Numbered from the stretch's first letter, positions 35,764-46,402 are shown. The stretch: DNA of 64,000 bases from an uncultured Bacilli bacterium (GCA_934085825.1 CAKOHR010000005.1:3194-67193), one strand, 5' to 3'. The notes: a model not told the origin generated them from the sequence alone. Made by a program: numbers and translations.

Positions 35764-38700
35764 ATGGAAAAGCAAGAATATATTATTAGTTATGTAAAAG
35801 AAAAAATAAATTATTTAAATAATTTAGGAATTTCTGTGTCTGAAGAACAAATAAATGAACTTTTTAATAATCGTATTGATATGACTAAAGATGAATCTGA
35901 TATTATTAATACAATTGATGTTCTTGTGGAAAGAGTAATTGAAAACTTTAATAAAAAACAAGAAGACAGACAAAGATTTATTGAAAAACTTTCTGAGATT
36001 AAAGAATTGCAGGATTTACCTTTACAATATACAGGAATTACTCTTAACAATCAGGATATTGATTTAATGTTGATAGCAACTTCAGAAAATTTGGAAGAAA
36101 CTCTAAAACAAATTACAAATATTAAAACAACTATTGATCCAAATGCTGATATTGAGTCAGAAAGACAGAGAATTTTTGATTTATATATGAGTTCTTTATC
36201 TTCAAGAGTAGATTATTATACAGATAAAAGTATTGAATTATCAAAGAAATTTGAATATCTAAAAACAAGTGAATTATTAAGCCCTGAAGAAATAACTTTG
36301 ATTGATAGAATTGTTTCACAAAGCAAAGATCAAAGAGAGATGGTGACTTACTTAACAAGAATGTATAGTCAAAATCCTGATAGATTACATCAAATATATG
36401 AAACAATAAGAGATTATACACCAATTGAAAAAACTGGGATTATTGGAACAAGTATAGAAGCATATAAAAATTTATATAAACAAATATTACAAAATTATAA
36501 TTCTCTTACAATTGATGGAGAAGAAAAATATGGTTCTTTAGCTTTACAAGACGGAACTTTCGATTTTAAACATTTAAAAAAATCCTTAGATTTTGCTAAA
36601 GCTAACAATAAAAAAGTTAGGTTAAATGCTTTAATATTTTATATGGATTGCCCAGAATATTTATATCAAATGGAAAAGAGTGAACAATCCAAACAATTAG
36701 TAAAACAAAGATTAATGAATTATGTTAGTTCTACAACCAAATTTATTGGTGAAAACGGATATAGTGATGTAGTAAGAAGTTCTGATGTTTTCAATGAACT
36801 ATTAAATAGATACCCTATGGATGGTGAAGTTCCATACCAATATAGAGGTGCAATAAATCAAGAACCATCATTATACAGAGATTTTGATAATGTTAAATCT
36901 GGTTGGTTAAAACATCTAGATATTGAAGATTTATGTGATGTTATTGCTGAAGCTAGAAGGAATTTGCCTAGTGTAGATTTTATGTTTAACGATGATAACT
37001 TAACAGATCCTAGAAAAATTGATGCAAATATAGAATTAATTTCACAAATTAGAAAATATGAAGAAGAACATGGAACCAAATTAATAGATAGTATTGGAAC
37101 ACAAATGCATATAGATAATAATTTATCAAAAGCTGATATAGAAAATATGGTGAGAGGTTTAGCTCAGTTTGGACTACCAATAGAGATAACTGAATTTGAT
37201 ATAGCAATGACAAGAAATGTTGAAGGATTATCTGATATTCAAATAGAAACATTAAGACAACAAAAAATTAATGAGGTATATTCTGTTATAGAACAATTAA
37301 AAGATGAATGTAATATTAGAGGTTTTACAATTTGGAGCAAGACTGATAAACAAAATTTTAGAGTGTCTTTAGCAAATGAAGAAAGAATAAAAAATGGTCT
37401 AGAACCTATAACGACATTACATGGTGGAGCATTTACTGAAGATATGAAACCTAAAAGTAAGGTATATGAGAAAGCTTTATTAAAGAATAATTTTCAATCA
37501 TTTAATTATCATACACATACAAATAGATGTGGACATGCAGGTATTTTAGCAGACAGTGAATATGTTGCGGCAGCGAGGGTAAATGGTATTACACAATTAG
37601 GGTTTTCGGATCATGTTCCTGTTCCTGAATTGGAATATCAAGATGATAATCAAAGAATGCATATCTCTGAAGTGGATGAATATGTTGCAAGTATTAGAAG
37701 TTTGCAACAACAAAATACAGATATGAAAATTAATGTAGGTTTTGAAGCTGAATTTGATCCTATGAAAGAACAATTTTTAGGCGAAATAAGAGAAAAAGTT
37801 GATTATTTAATTTTAGGACAACATTATGTATCTAATGGGCTAAGCAGGGAACAACAAAAAAATAATCCTTATTATCCGTTACAATATGCAAATATCGTTT
37901 GTAAAGCAATGGAAAGTGGATTATTTGATATAGTTGCACATCCAGATATATTTATGCAATTTAGAGATAGCATGGATTCAGAAGAAGCTAAACAACTATT
38001 TGATTCAAATGCTCAAATTGCTAGTCAAGCAATATGTGATAAAGCAAAAGAAATTGGAATACCTGTAGAATTAAATTTTGCTGGCATAGATAAAAATCAA
38101 ATTATGACTGATGGTGAGTATTCTTACCCACATTCAATGTTCTGGAAAATAGCATCAGAAACTGGTGTTCAAGTATTATATGGAATAGATGCCCATACAC
38201 CAAAACAATTTGAAACAATGATGGGGAATAAGCAAGTTGCAGACAAAATTATTGATCCACGAACATTAAATTTAGTAGCACCAAATTATAATCCTGTAGA
38301 AGCTAGAAAAAACAATCCACAATTGCAAGAATTATATGCTAAAGGTCAAGAAAAAGCTATAACATATGAAACTCATTTAGTTACGCAATTAGTAGGTGGA
38401 ATGTTATCTAGATTTCCAGAAGAAACAAGTATGGATGATATTGCTTATGGGACTGAACAATTATTTGAACAAACAAGTATATCTATGCAACAAGAAGCTA
38501 CAAAAAAAGATCAAGATACAGTTTTTGAAATAGAATCTATATCTTCAAATGATTCTTTATCAAAAGAAGAAAAATCATTTCAATTAGAAAGAACAAAACA
38601 AGCAATTCAACATACAAATGAAACTTTGGCACATAGACAAGGTGCTTTAGATAGAGCAAGACAATCTGTTCAATATTCTATTGAAATGGGTTGTAAAACA

Positions 38701-38982
38701 AAAAATGAGGTAGTTACTACAGTTGCACAAATAACTGAAGCAAATACTACTAAAAAAGAAGAAACTAAGGGAAAAATGCAAGAATGTGTCGGTAGAACAA
38801 TTCAAATGAATCAAGGACAACAATTGCAACATGATAAACAAAAACAATTAGTTAGAACAAACAATAATTTTAATAATGCAGGGTTTACAAATTTTATTAC
38901 TTTAGCATTAATGGTAATTTTTGGTTGTGGATTTCTAGCAGGTATTGGATATATGGTATATAAGATTATGATTGGAGGGTAA
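35764..38982 (+). CDS. 1072-aa multidomain protein: helical N-region, GH10-like TIM-barrel glycosidase domain, PHP (HisJ-type) phosphoesterase domain, C-terminal TM anchor
   Basis: GH10-like: FDFKHLKKSLDFAKANNKKVRLNALIF, DVFNEL (acid/base Glu) and PIEITEFDIAM (nucleophile Glu). PHP: FNYHTHTNRCGHA, GFSDHVP, GFEAEF, IVAHPDIF, GIDAHTP. C-terminal TM FITLALMVIFGCGFLAGIGYMVY. No signal peptide. Confidence 0.55.
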   Translation: MEKQEYIISYVKEKINYLNNLGISVSEEQINELFNNRIDMTKDESDIINTIDVLVERVIENFNKKQEDRQRFIEKLSEIKELQDLPLQYTGITLNNQDIDLMLIATSENLEETLKQITNIKTTIDPNADIESERQRIFDLYMSSLSSRVDYYTDKSIELSKKFEYLKTSELLSPEEITLIDRIVSQSKDQREMVTYLTRMYSQNPDRLHQIYETIRDYTPIEKTGIIGTSIEAYKNLYKQILQNYNSLTIDGEEKYGSLALQDGTFDFKHLKKSLDFAKANNKKVRLNALIFYMDCPEYLYQMEKSEQSKQLVKQRLMNYVSSTTKFIGENGYSDVVRSSDVFNELLNRYPMDGEVPYQYRGAINQEPSLYRDFDNVKSGWLKHLDIEDLCDVIAEARRNLPSVDFMFNDDNLTDPRKIDANIELISQIRKYEEEHGTKLIDSIGTQMHIDNNLSKADIENMVRGLAQFGLPIEITEFDIAMTRNVEGLSDIQIETLRQQKINEVYSVIEQLKDECNIRGFTIWSKTDKQNFRVSLANEERIKNGLEPITTLHGGAFTEDMKPKSKVYEKALLKNNFQSFNYHTHTNRCGHAGILADSEYVAAARVNGITQLGFSDHVPVPELEYQDDNQRMHISEVDEYVASIRSLQQQNTDMKINVGFEAEFDPMKEQFLGEIREKVDYLILGQHYVSNGLSREQQKNNPYYPLQYANIVCKAMESGLFDIVAHPDIFMQFRDSMDSEEAKQLFDSNAQIASQAICDKAKEIGIPVELNFAGIDKNQIMTDGEYSYPHSMFWKIASETGVQVLYGIDAHTPKQFETMMGNKQVADKIIDPRTLNLVAPNYNPVEARKNNPQLQELYAKGQEKAITYETHLVTQLVGGMLSRFPEETSMDDIAYGTEQLFEQTSISMQQEATKKDQDTVFEIESISSNDSLSKEEKSFQLERTKQAIQHTNETLAHRQGALDRARQSVQYSIEMGCKTKNEVVTTVAQITEANTTKKEETKGKMQECVGRTIQMNQGQQLQHDKQKQLVRTNNNFNNAGFTNFITLALMVIFGCGFLAGIGYMVYKIMIGG

Positions 38983-38983
38983 T

Positions 38984-40960
38984 ATGAACGAGCCTAATTA
39001 TGGTAAAGAAAAACCTTTATATTTATATAGAGGTGTAATAATTAATTATGATATATTACAATCTTTTAGTTTTTCTGGTGTTGACTTAGTTCCACAACAT
39101 CCACCAGTAATTGATTCCCAAGGAAGAAAAACAGTTGGTGATGGTAATGAATATGGTGTATATATGACAGATCATGAAAATGTTGCAAGAAATGCTTATG
39201 GAAAAGTTAGTTTGTCTGATGGGACTCCTTTAAATCGAGATGTTATGTTTGGTTATGACAAAAGTAGAACAGTAATTCCGTCAATAGGAATTGTTTATAA
39301 AATAAACACAACTGGGCTTGATGTACATATACCATGGATTACTTCTCATTTAAAAGGTCATTATAATAATGGAATGGATGGAGATGAATGGATATCAGAA
39401 ATAGTTCCGGCAAGTAATTATGTTGTAGATGCTGTTACTTTAGGAGATGATACATTACATGAATCCGAAAGTATTAGTGTTGAAAATCCAAAAGAGTTAA
39501 AAACAATTGTTTTAAATAAAATAAAACAAAGAAGGGAAAGACTTGAATTATTTGAAAAGAAAATTGAAAGTTTTTCCGAAAGAGATAGATATCTTTTAGA
39601 TCAATCAAAAATAAATGTTTTAAAATCAATTTATAAACTAAATGGAATCATGGATATAGATCTTAATAAATTTAAACCAAATAGTCCAGATGAATATCTT
39701 GATTACTTAATGGCTATTTCTTATTCAAATGATAAAGATAATATTGATTTTGCCACAATAAGTTATATTCAATCTTTAAAAGATAAAATGAAACAACACA
39801 GTGATATATCTCTTGAAAGTATTATTGAATTTGTTAAAGATGATATATCATTAAATGAAACCAAGAAAAGTGAATTTTTAAACAAAAATGCAGGTAGAGA
39901 TGTTTCAACTATAAATTTTGATAAAAAAAATGAAAGATATAATGAAATATTAATTTTTTTAAATACTGTTGTTAGTAAGAAGTCTCAAAAAACAGATGCT
40001 GAATATCTTGCTGAATATACAGAAAAATTAGATGAATTGAGAATTAAGTATAGACAAGTAGCAAATGAAATTGAAAATTTAATGATAAAAAATAGTCAAT
40101 CTCCTATTGCTGATTATCAAAAACAATTAGAAAATTTAATTAGTCAAAGAGATTTGATTAATGAAAGGATGGAACAAACCAATAGCTCTAGAAAAACTTA
40201 TGAATGGATTATTCAAAATCAAAAAGAAACAGAACATAAAAATAGAATTGGACAGGTTGAAAGATTATTAGGTATTCAGATAACATCTAATGCTGGGTTC
40301 ATTTATGATAATGAATTACAAGTTCCTAGGTCTGTATCTAAAGATACTTCAACTTTAAGACAAGAACAAGGAAAAATAAATCAACAATTAGATGAGTTAT
40401 ATTATGATGGAAAAATAGATATAAAAACTTGGCAAACAATGAAATCAGAAATCGGAAAAGAATATGATAAGATGATTACATCTGCACCAAAACCAGTGAA
40501 TCAGGCTCAATCTAATACACAATCAAGTAATGTAAATAAAAATAATCAACAAAATCCTCAAGGAGAAACAACTCCAATTTCAAAAGAAGAAATTGTTGAT
40601 AAAACGGAGAATATTCCAGAAAGATTTGCATCAGCTTATGACAATGTTTTTGATTCTAAACTTGTTGAAAGTATGAGAGAAAAATATGGATATGCTGATA
40701 TGAGTGAGGATGAGCAAGAAAGATTTGATCAAAAACTTTATCAATCAATGAAAGAGATGAAAGCAGAAGAAAATGTTGAAGATAAAAAATCATCAGCAGA
40801 TTTAAGAAGAGAAGCCTGGCAAAAAATTAGGAAACAATATTTTTCAAATCCGGATTTAGATTTAGAAACAATAATAAGACAACAAAAATTCAATGAAATG
40901 CAAAAAGAAGAAATTGAGCAAATAAATAATGTTGAAGGTCATAGACGAGAAATATTTTGA
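38984..40960 (+). CDS. Large hypothetical protein: globular N-terminal domain (~165 aa) plus a long coiled-coil/low-complexity region
   Basis: GGAGGG RBS before the ATG at 38984. Overlaps the end of the upstream gene. No secure family motif. Confidence 0.5.
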   Translation: MNEPNYGKEKPLYLYRGVIINYDILQSFSFSGVDLVPQHPPVIDSQGRKTVGDGNEYGVYMTDHENVARNAYGKVSLSDGTPLNRDVMFGYDKSRTVIPSIGIVYKINTTGLDVHIPWITSHLKGHYNNGMDGDEWISEIVPASNYVVDAVTLGDDTLHESESISVENPKELKTIVLNKIKQRRERLELFEKKIESFSERDRYLLDQSKINVLKSIYKLNGIMDIDLNKFKPNSPDEYLDYLMAISYSNDKDNIDFATISYIQSLKDKMKQHSDISLESIIEFVKDDISLNETKKSEFLNKNAGRDVSTINFDKKNERYNEILIFLNTVVSKKSQKTDAEYLAEYTEKLDELRIKYRQVANEIENLMIKNSQSPIADYQKQLENLISQRDLINERMEQTNSSRKTYEWIIQNQKETEHKNRIGQVERLLGIQITSNAGFIYDNELQVPRSVSKDTSTLRQEQGKINQQLDELYYDGKIDIKTWQTMKSEIGKEYDKMITSAPKPVNQAQSNTQSSNVNKNNQQNPQGETTPISKEEIVDKTENIPERFASAYDNVFDSKLVESMREKYGYADMSEDEQERFDQKLYQSMKEMKAEENVEDKKSSADLRREAWQKIRKQYFSNPDLDLETIIRQQKFNEMQKEEIEQINNVEGHRREIF

Positions 40961-41187
40961 ATAGAAAAAAGGTAAAGGTTGAAAAAAATAATTAAATTAA
41001 AACACACAAAAGAAGTTAAAAAATATACAATTTTTTTTGAACTTAGAGTAAGTCAATGAAGACCATAAAATAAGTTGTTCTTTGAAATAGTAAACTGTTA
41101 TTAGGTATTCTGCAAAGTAATATTGTAACCTAAATTAGTTAAATAAGAAATCATTTGTTCTGGAGTATTTTGAATATTTTTATGAGA

Positions 41188-42066
41188 TTAAAAATTTTTA
41201 TTCATCAGGTTTTCAAATCTGCTGTAGTCAAAAACCTCACCAGTGAGTAAAATATGGTATGCACTTGTAAGTAGCAATCTAGCTATAGCAATAATTGCTT
41301 TCTTGTGATCACGACGTCGTTTTAATGATTCATGTCTCGCATTAATATATGGGCATGAATTATCTTTAATGGTGCATAAAGCACATTGAACAAGTAAAGG
41401 TTTGATATAAATACCTGCTTTAGTAATTCTAACAGATTTCTTTTTCTTGGCAGATTCATTACATCTAGGAGTCAATCCAGCCCAAGAACAAAGATGTTTA
41501 TCATCAATAAAAGTGTTCATATTTGTACCAATTTCTGGTATAATAAATATAGCTGATATTTCTTTTATACCAGGAATGGTTAAAAGAAGATTAATTTCAG
41601 TTGAATATTTGAGAGCAAGTTTTAAAATTTGTTCTTCTAGTTCATCAATACCTTCATTAATTGAATCGTAATGTTTTAGAACAATATTAATTTTTGATGA
41701 TTGAAATTCGTCAAAATTACCATTGATAGATTTCAAAATCTCTTCTGGTGATGATTTCAAATTTTTGCGAAGTAAAGGTGTGATATCATCTAAAGTTAAA
41801 TTAGGGTTAGAAAGCATTAACTTTAAGATTGATTGAGGTGTTTGCCAAAAACATCACTTACAACATTTGCAATTTGAACATTAGACATTGTAAGAGAGTT
41901 TTGAAATCTATTTTTTTCGCCAGAACGAATATTAATAAGTTTATTTCTGTAACGCATTAAATCTCTTAATTGTCTAATATCTGCAGGTGGCATAAAAGAA
42001 GGTTCAACAAGACCATGCTTAAACATATCGGCAATCCATATTGAATCTTTTTTGTCAGTTTTTTTT
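41188..42066 (-). pseudogene. IS110-family transposase remnant (N-terminally truncated, one frameshift)
   Basis: ..KKDSIWIADMFKHGLVEPSFMPPADIRQLRDLMRYR.. then a frame change near 41820 into LTIPGIKEISAIFIIPEIG...CSWAGLTPRCNESAKKKKSVRITKAG (Transposase_20-like). The DEDD N-domain is absent. Confidence 0.75.
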
Positions 42067-42472
42067 ACCTAGTAGGACATGTTTATTGGAATTGTTAAAA
42101 TTAAGATTCCACTGATAGGATATCCCACTGTATTACTTAATGAGAGGTGGTAAAAATGATAAAGGATGTACATTGTACTGAAAGTAAAAAATAGTAAAAA
42201 TATACTAAAATAATAAACAAGTATGATAAATTTATTAATAAAATATTAAAAGAATATAAGTAAAAACAGCAACATTTCCGATGAAAAAAACTACAAAGCG
42301 GTACTAATTAATAATTTTAATGAATTAAAAGATGTACGAGATAATTTAAGTGCTCCAATCATGTTGCATAATACTAAAGACCTCAAAATGTCAAAGCTTT
42401 ATATTCTTAATGATAATAATTTATATTTGTATACAATAAGTTCAAGAGACATAAATGGTGGTGATAAAAAGT

Positions 42473-43999
42473 ATGAAACTAAAAAAATTTAAAAAAAATA
42501 ATAATAATTTGATTTATTTTGGATCTATAATAGTAGTTTTAACTATTATACTCTTAAGTGTTGGATTTTCCGCTTTTCAAAATGAATTAGCTATTGAAAA
42601 TATAAGTGCTAATGTAAAAATAGATAAAGATGTAAGAGTGACAAAAGTTGGGGTTGAAAGTGTAAACGATGCTACTAGTTATTATGAAGATTATAATGTT
42701 TCTAATATTTCTAGCAGTATTGTATTAAATAATAGTAATTCTTATGTTATTTACAATGTCGAAGTTCATAACTTAGGTAATGTTATTATGGGGATAAGTG
42801 ATGCATCAATTGATAATGAAAATTTAAAATTTGAATTTTTGGATTATAATTTAAAAGATAAAATTTGCGATAATAATCAATGCACTTTAGGGGTAAAAAA
42901 AACATTAAAAATTAAAGTGTCATATAAAGAAGATGCAAATATTAACAATGTTGAAAATAAATTTGTATTAGATTTTAAATTTGGAAGAATTTTTAATATT
43001 ACTTATTATAATATTTCTAACAGTGATACATTTCCTACAGAGATAATAGAGGGTGATACATTAAATTTAAATATACCAAATAAAGAAGATTATCTTTTAA
43101 AGATATTTATGAATAATACGTTGTTATATAATGGCAAAGATTATCAATATACAAACGATAATTTAATCATTCCAAATATTTTGGGCGATATTCAAATTCA
43201 TTACAAAATGCCGATATGTCAAAGGGCAACGCTACTTCATACAGAGGAATGTTTAGGGGGATATTGCTCTGCTATGGGCTATAAAGTGAATGGTAAATAC
43301 GGAACCTCTACCATTACATATGGTTCGTTAGGAACATCTAATATACTTTCACCTGGTGATGCATTTGACTGTGACGTGAATGGGGATGGAATTTATGATT
43401 CAAATACAGAAAGATTTTATTATGTTACTGATATGGAAAAAAATGATAGCATAGCTGTTTTAATTTATTATAATAATGTTAGTGCTGGAAAGCCTGATAA
43501 TGAAAAATATTATCCATATGATAGTTCTAAAGAAAATTGGCATGGACCTAGAAATGCAATAGAACAACTTCCAACTGTTAGCCAATGGAGTAATGTACGA
43601 CTATCAAACACAGAAAGAAGGATAGTAAATGAATATAATACAACAAGTACCAAAGATGGTCATAATTTTCCTGAAGTATTTAGTTATTCGAAGTATGCAG
43701 CACGATTTTTAACACTAGCAGAAGTAAAAAGTCTTGTAGATTTTTATATTCCAACTTGGAAAAATGGAGAATTAGATGATCACCTTTATCTTGTTGAAAA
43801 CACCAATTTTTCAAAAAAAGATAATTCTAAATTTGATGGATATTGGTTAGAAACACCAAGAAACACTATGTCAAACCATAGTTGGATAATTTATGCTACA
43901 GCAAGGCGTGTTCATAGTATAGAAGTACAAAGAACAGATGTTTTAGTTGGTGTTCGTCCTGTAATAGAGGTAGCTAAAAGTGATATTGCATATAAATAA
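42473..43999 (+). CDS. Secreted/surface protein with a SipW-type-like signal peptide and a C-terminal YWL..GVRP module
   Basis: GGTGGTGA RBS before the ATG at 42473. The N-terminus KKFKK..IVVLTIILLSVGFSAFQNE resembles TasA/camelysin-type signals (G.FA.F.D). The C-terminus GYWLETPRN....VGVRPVIEV resembles a domain common in Firmicute surface proteins. Confidence 0.5.
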   Translation: MKLKKFKKNNNNLIYFGSIIVVLTIILLSVGFSAFQNELAIENISANVKIDKDVRVTKVGVESVNDATSYYEDYNVSNISSSIVLNNSNSYVIYNVEVHNLGNVIMGISDASIDNENLKFEFLDYNLKDKICDNNQCTLGVKKTLKIKVSYKEDANINNVENKFVLDFKFGRIFNITYYNISNSDTFPTEIIEGDTLNLNIPNKEDYLLKIFMNNTLLYNGKDYQYTNDNLIIPNILGDIQIHYKMPICQRATLLHTEECLGGYCSAMGYKVNGKYGTSTITYGSLGTSNILSPGDAFDCDVNGDGIYDSNTERFYYVTDMEKNDSIAVLIYYNNVSAGKPDNEKYYPYDSSKENWHGPRNAIEQLPTVSQWSNVRLSNTERRIVNEYNTTSTKDGHNFPEVFSYSKYAARFLTLAEVKSLVDFYIPTWKNGELDDHLYLVENTNFSKKDNSKFDGYWLETPRNTMSNHSWIIYATARRVHSIEVQRTDVLVGVRPVIEVAKSDIAYK

Positions 44000-44025
44000 T
44001 TTATAAGCATTGACAAACTTATAGA

Positions 44026-44372
44026 ATCTTTAACTTCTTTCCAAGAAACAATAAACTGTCCATCTCTTTTAGTAAGACCTTCAAAAAGTGTTAAATAATC
44101 CCTTTCATCTTGTTAATAAACATATATTGCAGACTCAGCACCAGGTGTAAGAATAAGTTCTAAATCTATACCATTTTTTACTGAGCGTAAAGTGGCCATA
44201 TAAAATGAACTATGAGTAATTTCTGACGATTTTACTTTGTTAAAGGTGTATCTTTATCTTTTTTAAAACAAAGTAAGAAAGCAGAAACTCCAAGTAAAAC
44301 CGCCTTGCATAATAATTCAATTATAATTCTTTTTTTTCAAAAATAATACCTTTCTCTAAAGTAATACATGAA
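44026..44372 (-). pseudogene. Decayed second copy of the 5' end, RBS and upstream region of the ABC substrate-binding protein gene
   Basis: Aligns by eye to 32357-32782 (first ~120 nt about 90% identical, the rest more diverged). It has a 57-nt deletion between two copies of TCAGCACCAG that are present in the intact gene, a mutated RBS and indels. Confidence 0.8.
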
Positions 44373-44465
44373 TAGAAACACCATTATGTTATAAAGAAAA
44401 TAACTATATAATTTATTGCTTAATTTAATTAATCATGGTAAAATAACATCATAAGGAGAAACGTT

Positions 44466-44846
44466 ATGAAAAATGAATTAATAATAAAAAAGTGTTTAAA
44501 ATGTGGTGCATTATTTGAAGTAATTAATGATTGCAAATGTGATAAATGTCAAATAAAATGTTGTGAAGAACCACTCACAGAATTAATTCCAAATAGTATT
44601 GATGCTTCATTTGAAAAACACATACCAACATATGAAGTAATAAATGATGAAATATATGTAAAAGTAAATCATGTCATGGAAGAGGATCACTTTATTATGT
44701 GGATAGCTCTAGTAAATGAAACAGCAACTGAAAAAGTTAAATTATTAGTAAATAAACCTGCTGAATGTAAGTTTAAATATATAAAGGGATCAAAATTATA
44801 TGCATATTGCAATAAACATGGCCTTTGGACTTGCAACGTAAAATGA
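44466..44846 (+). CDS. dfx: Desulfoferrodoxin (class I superoxide reductase)
   Basis: N-terminal CxxC...CC desulforedoxin-like motif (CLKCGALFEV...CC). SOR centre II residues EKHIP, HVMEEDHFIMWI and CNKHGLW. Confidence 0.75.
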   Translation: MKNELIIKKCLKCGALFEVINDCKCDKCQIKCCEEPLTELIPNSIDASFEKHIPTYEVINDEIYVKVNHVMEEDHFIMWIALVNETATEKVKLLVNKPAECKFKYIKGSKLYAYCNKHGLWTCNVK

Positions 44847-44863
44847 AAAATCTTGGAGCTAAG

Positions 44864-46402
44864 ATGAAAAAGTATAAAATAATAATTATAATCGGAGTAA
44901 TATTATCATTAATAATATTAGATATTTCTATAGCTTTAATATTTAACACTAGTCCAATAATAAAAATCAGAAATAATAAAAATGATAACTTAACATTATA
45001 TATAGATAAAGGAATACTAACCAAAACTTATAAATGTGCTGATAACACGGTTAAAACTATGCTTAAAACAACAAAATATGAGTGTCATAAAGAAAAAAAT
45101 AATACAATTGAGATTATTGATTTAACTAAAAATAACTCTGATACTTCTTGTTTAAATGAAGAAGAATTTTACAAAGATGATACATATATCTACTATCTAC
45201 CATGTAATAGCAAAAATATAAGTGTTATTTATAATGAAGAAAAATTTGATATTAAAACAGCATTAACCAATAAAATAATTAAATTAACAGACTTAGACAA
45301 ATATAATATTAAATATATAAAAAAAGAAATTCCTAAAGAAGAAATAAATAAAACGATAACAATTTCATTTGATACCAAAGGTGGAAGTAAAGTAGATAGT
45401 ATCTCATTAGATAATAATCAACCCTTTACATTGCCCAAAGAGCCAACATATAATGGCTATATTTTTAAAGGCTGGATAGATAAAAATAACAATAAGATTA
45501 CAAATGAGACTATATTTAATGAAGACACAACTCTTTATGCTATCTGGGAAAAGGTAGACAAAAAGAACAATGTAGTAACAGAAAAACCAACAAATAATAA
45601 TAGTGTGAATAATAATCAAAATAATGAAAATACTAGTAAAGAGCCAGATAAAGTTGATAAACCACAACAAGAAGAACCCCCTAAAGAAACAGAAAAAACT
45701 CAAGCTCAAAAAAACAATGAATATCGAAATCAAATTCAAAACAAATATTCAATTAAAATAGCATATAAAGATGAAATGGACTATTATTCGATGAATGGCT
45801 ATACAAGACAAATAATCAAGGATGATAATGAAATAAATAAGTATCTTATAGAAATAGATAAAGCACTTGCAAAATATCCTGAAGGCTTTTTTAAAGAAAT
45901 GAAAAACTTTAATATGCCAGCAACTATATATTTAGTTAAAAGTATAAGTGGTAATGTATCCGGGGTTACAGATGCTCATATAAAAACAAATATCATAATA
46001 ATGATAGAACCATCACTATTATTTGAATACGTACTTCATCACGAAATAATGCATTATATAGATTCATATATTAGTGTTAAAGGCTATCCAATAGATATAA
46101 ATAAAAGTATGAATGAAGTAAACCCAGATGGCTTTATATATGGAGATGAAAGTAATGATTATGTCTATAATTTCACAGATGTAAAAAATGCTTATTTTGT
46201 ATCAAAATATGGAAAAACAAATTATTTAGAAGATAGAGCAGTTATTTTTGCAGAATTAATGTTTAGAACTTACACAAAAGATTGTTATGCAAAAAATACA
46301 CCTATAAATAAAAAAGCAAACTTTATAAGTTCACAAATAAAAGAACATTTTTCCATTTTAAAAAGTACCGAAAAATATTATTGGGATAGATTTATTAAAT
46401 GA
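44864..46402 (+). CDS. Membrane-anchored surface protein: Listeria-Bacteroides (Flg_new) repeat plus a C-terminal HExxH metallopeptidase-like domain
   Basis: GGAG RBS before the ATG at 44864. TM helix IIIIIGVILSLIILDISIALIF. ISFDTKGGSKV...YIFKGWIDKNN...TTLYAIW repeat. HHEIMHY motif. Confidence 0.55.
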   Translation: MKKYKIIIIIGVILSLIILDISIALIFNTSPIIKIRNNKNDNLTLYIDKGILTKTYKCADNTVKTMLKTTKYECHKEKNNTIEIIDLTKNNSDTSCLNEEEFYKDDTYIYYLPCNSKNISVIYNEEKFDIKTALTNKIIKLTDLDKYNIKYIKKEIPKEEINKTITISFDTKGGSKVDSISLDNNQPFTLPKEPTYNGYIFKGWIDKNNNKITNETIFNEDTTLYAIWEKVDKKNNVVTEKPTNNNSVNNNQNNENTSKEPDKVDKPQQEEPPKETEKTQAQKNNEYRNQIQNKYSIKIAYKDEMDYYSMNGYTRQIIKDDNEINKYLIEIDKALAKYPEGFFKEMKNFNMPATIYLVKSISGNVSGVTDAHIKTNIIIMIEPSLLFEYVLHHEIMHYIDSYISVKGYPIDINKSMNEVNPDGFIYGDESNDYVYNFTDVKNAYFVSKYGKTNYLEDRAVIFAELMFRTYTKDCYAKNTPINKKANFISSQIKEHFSILKSTEKYYWDRFIK

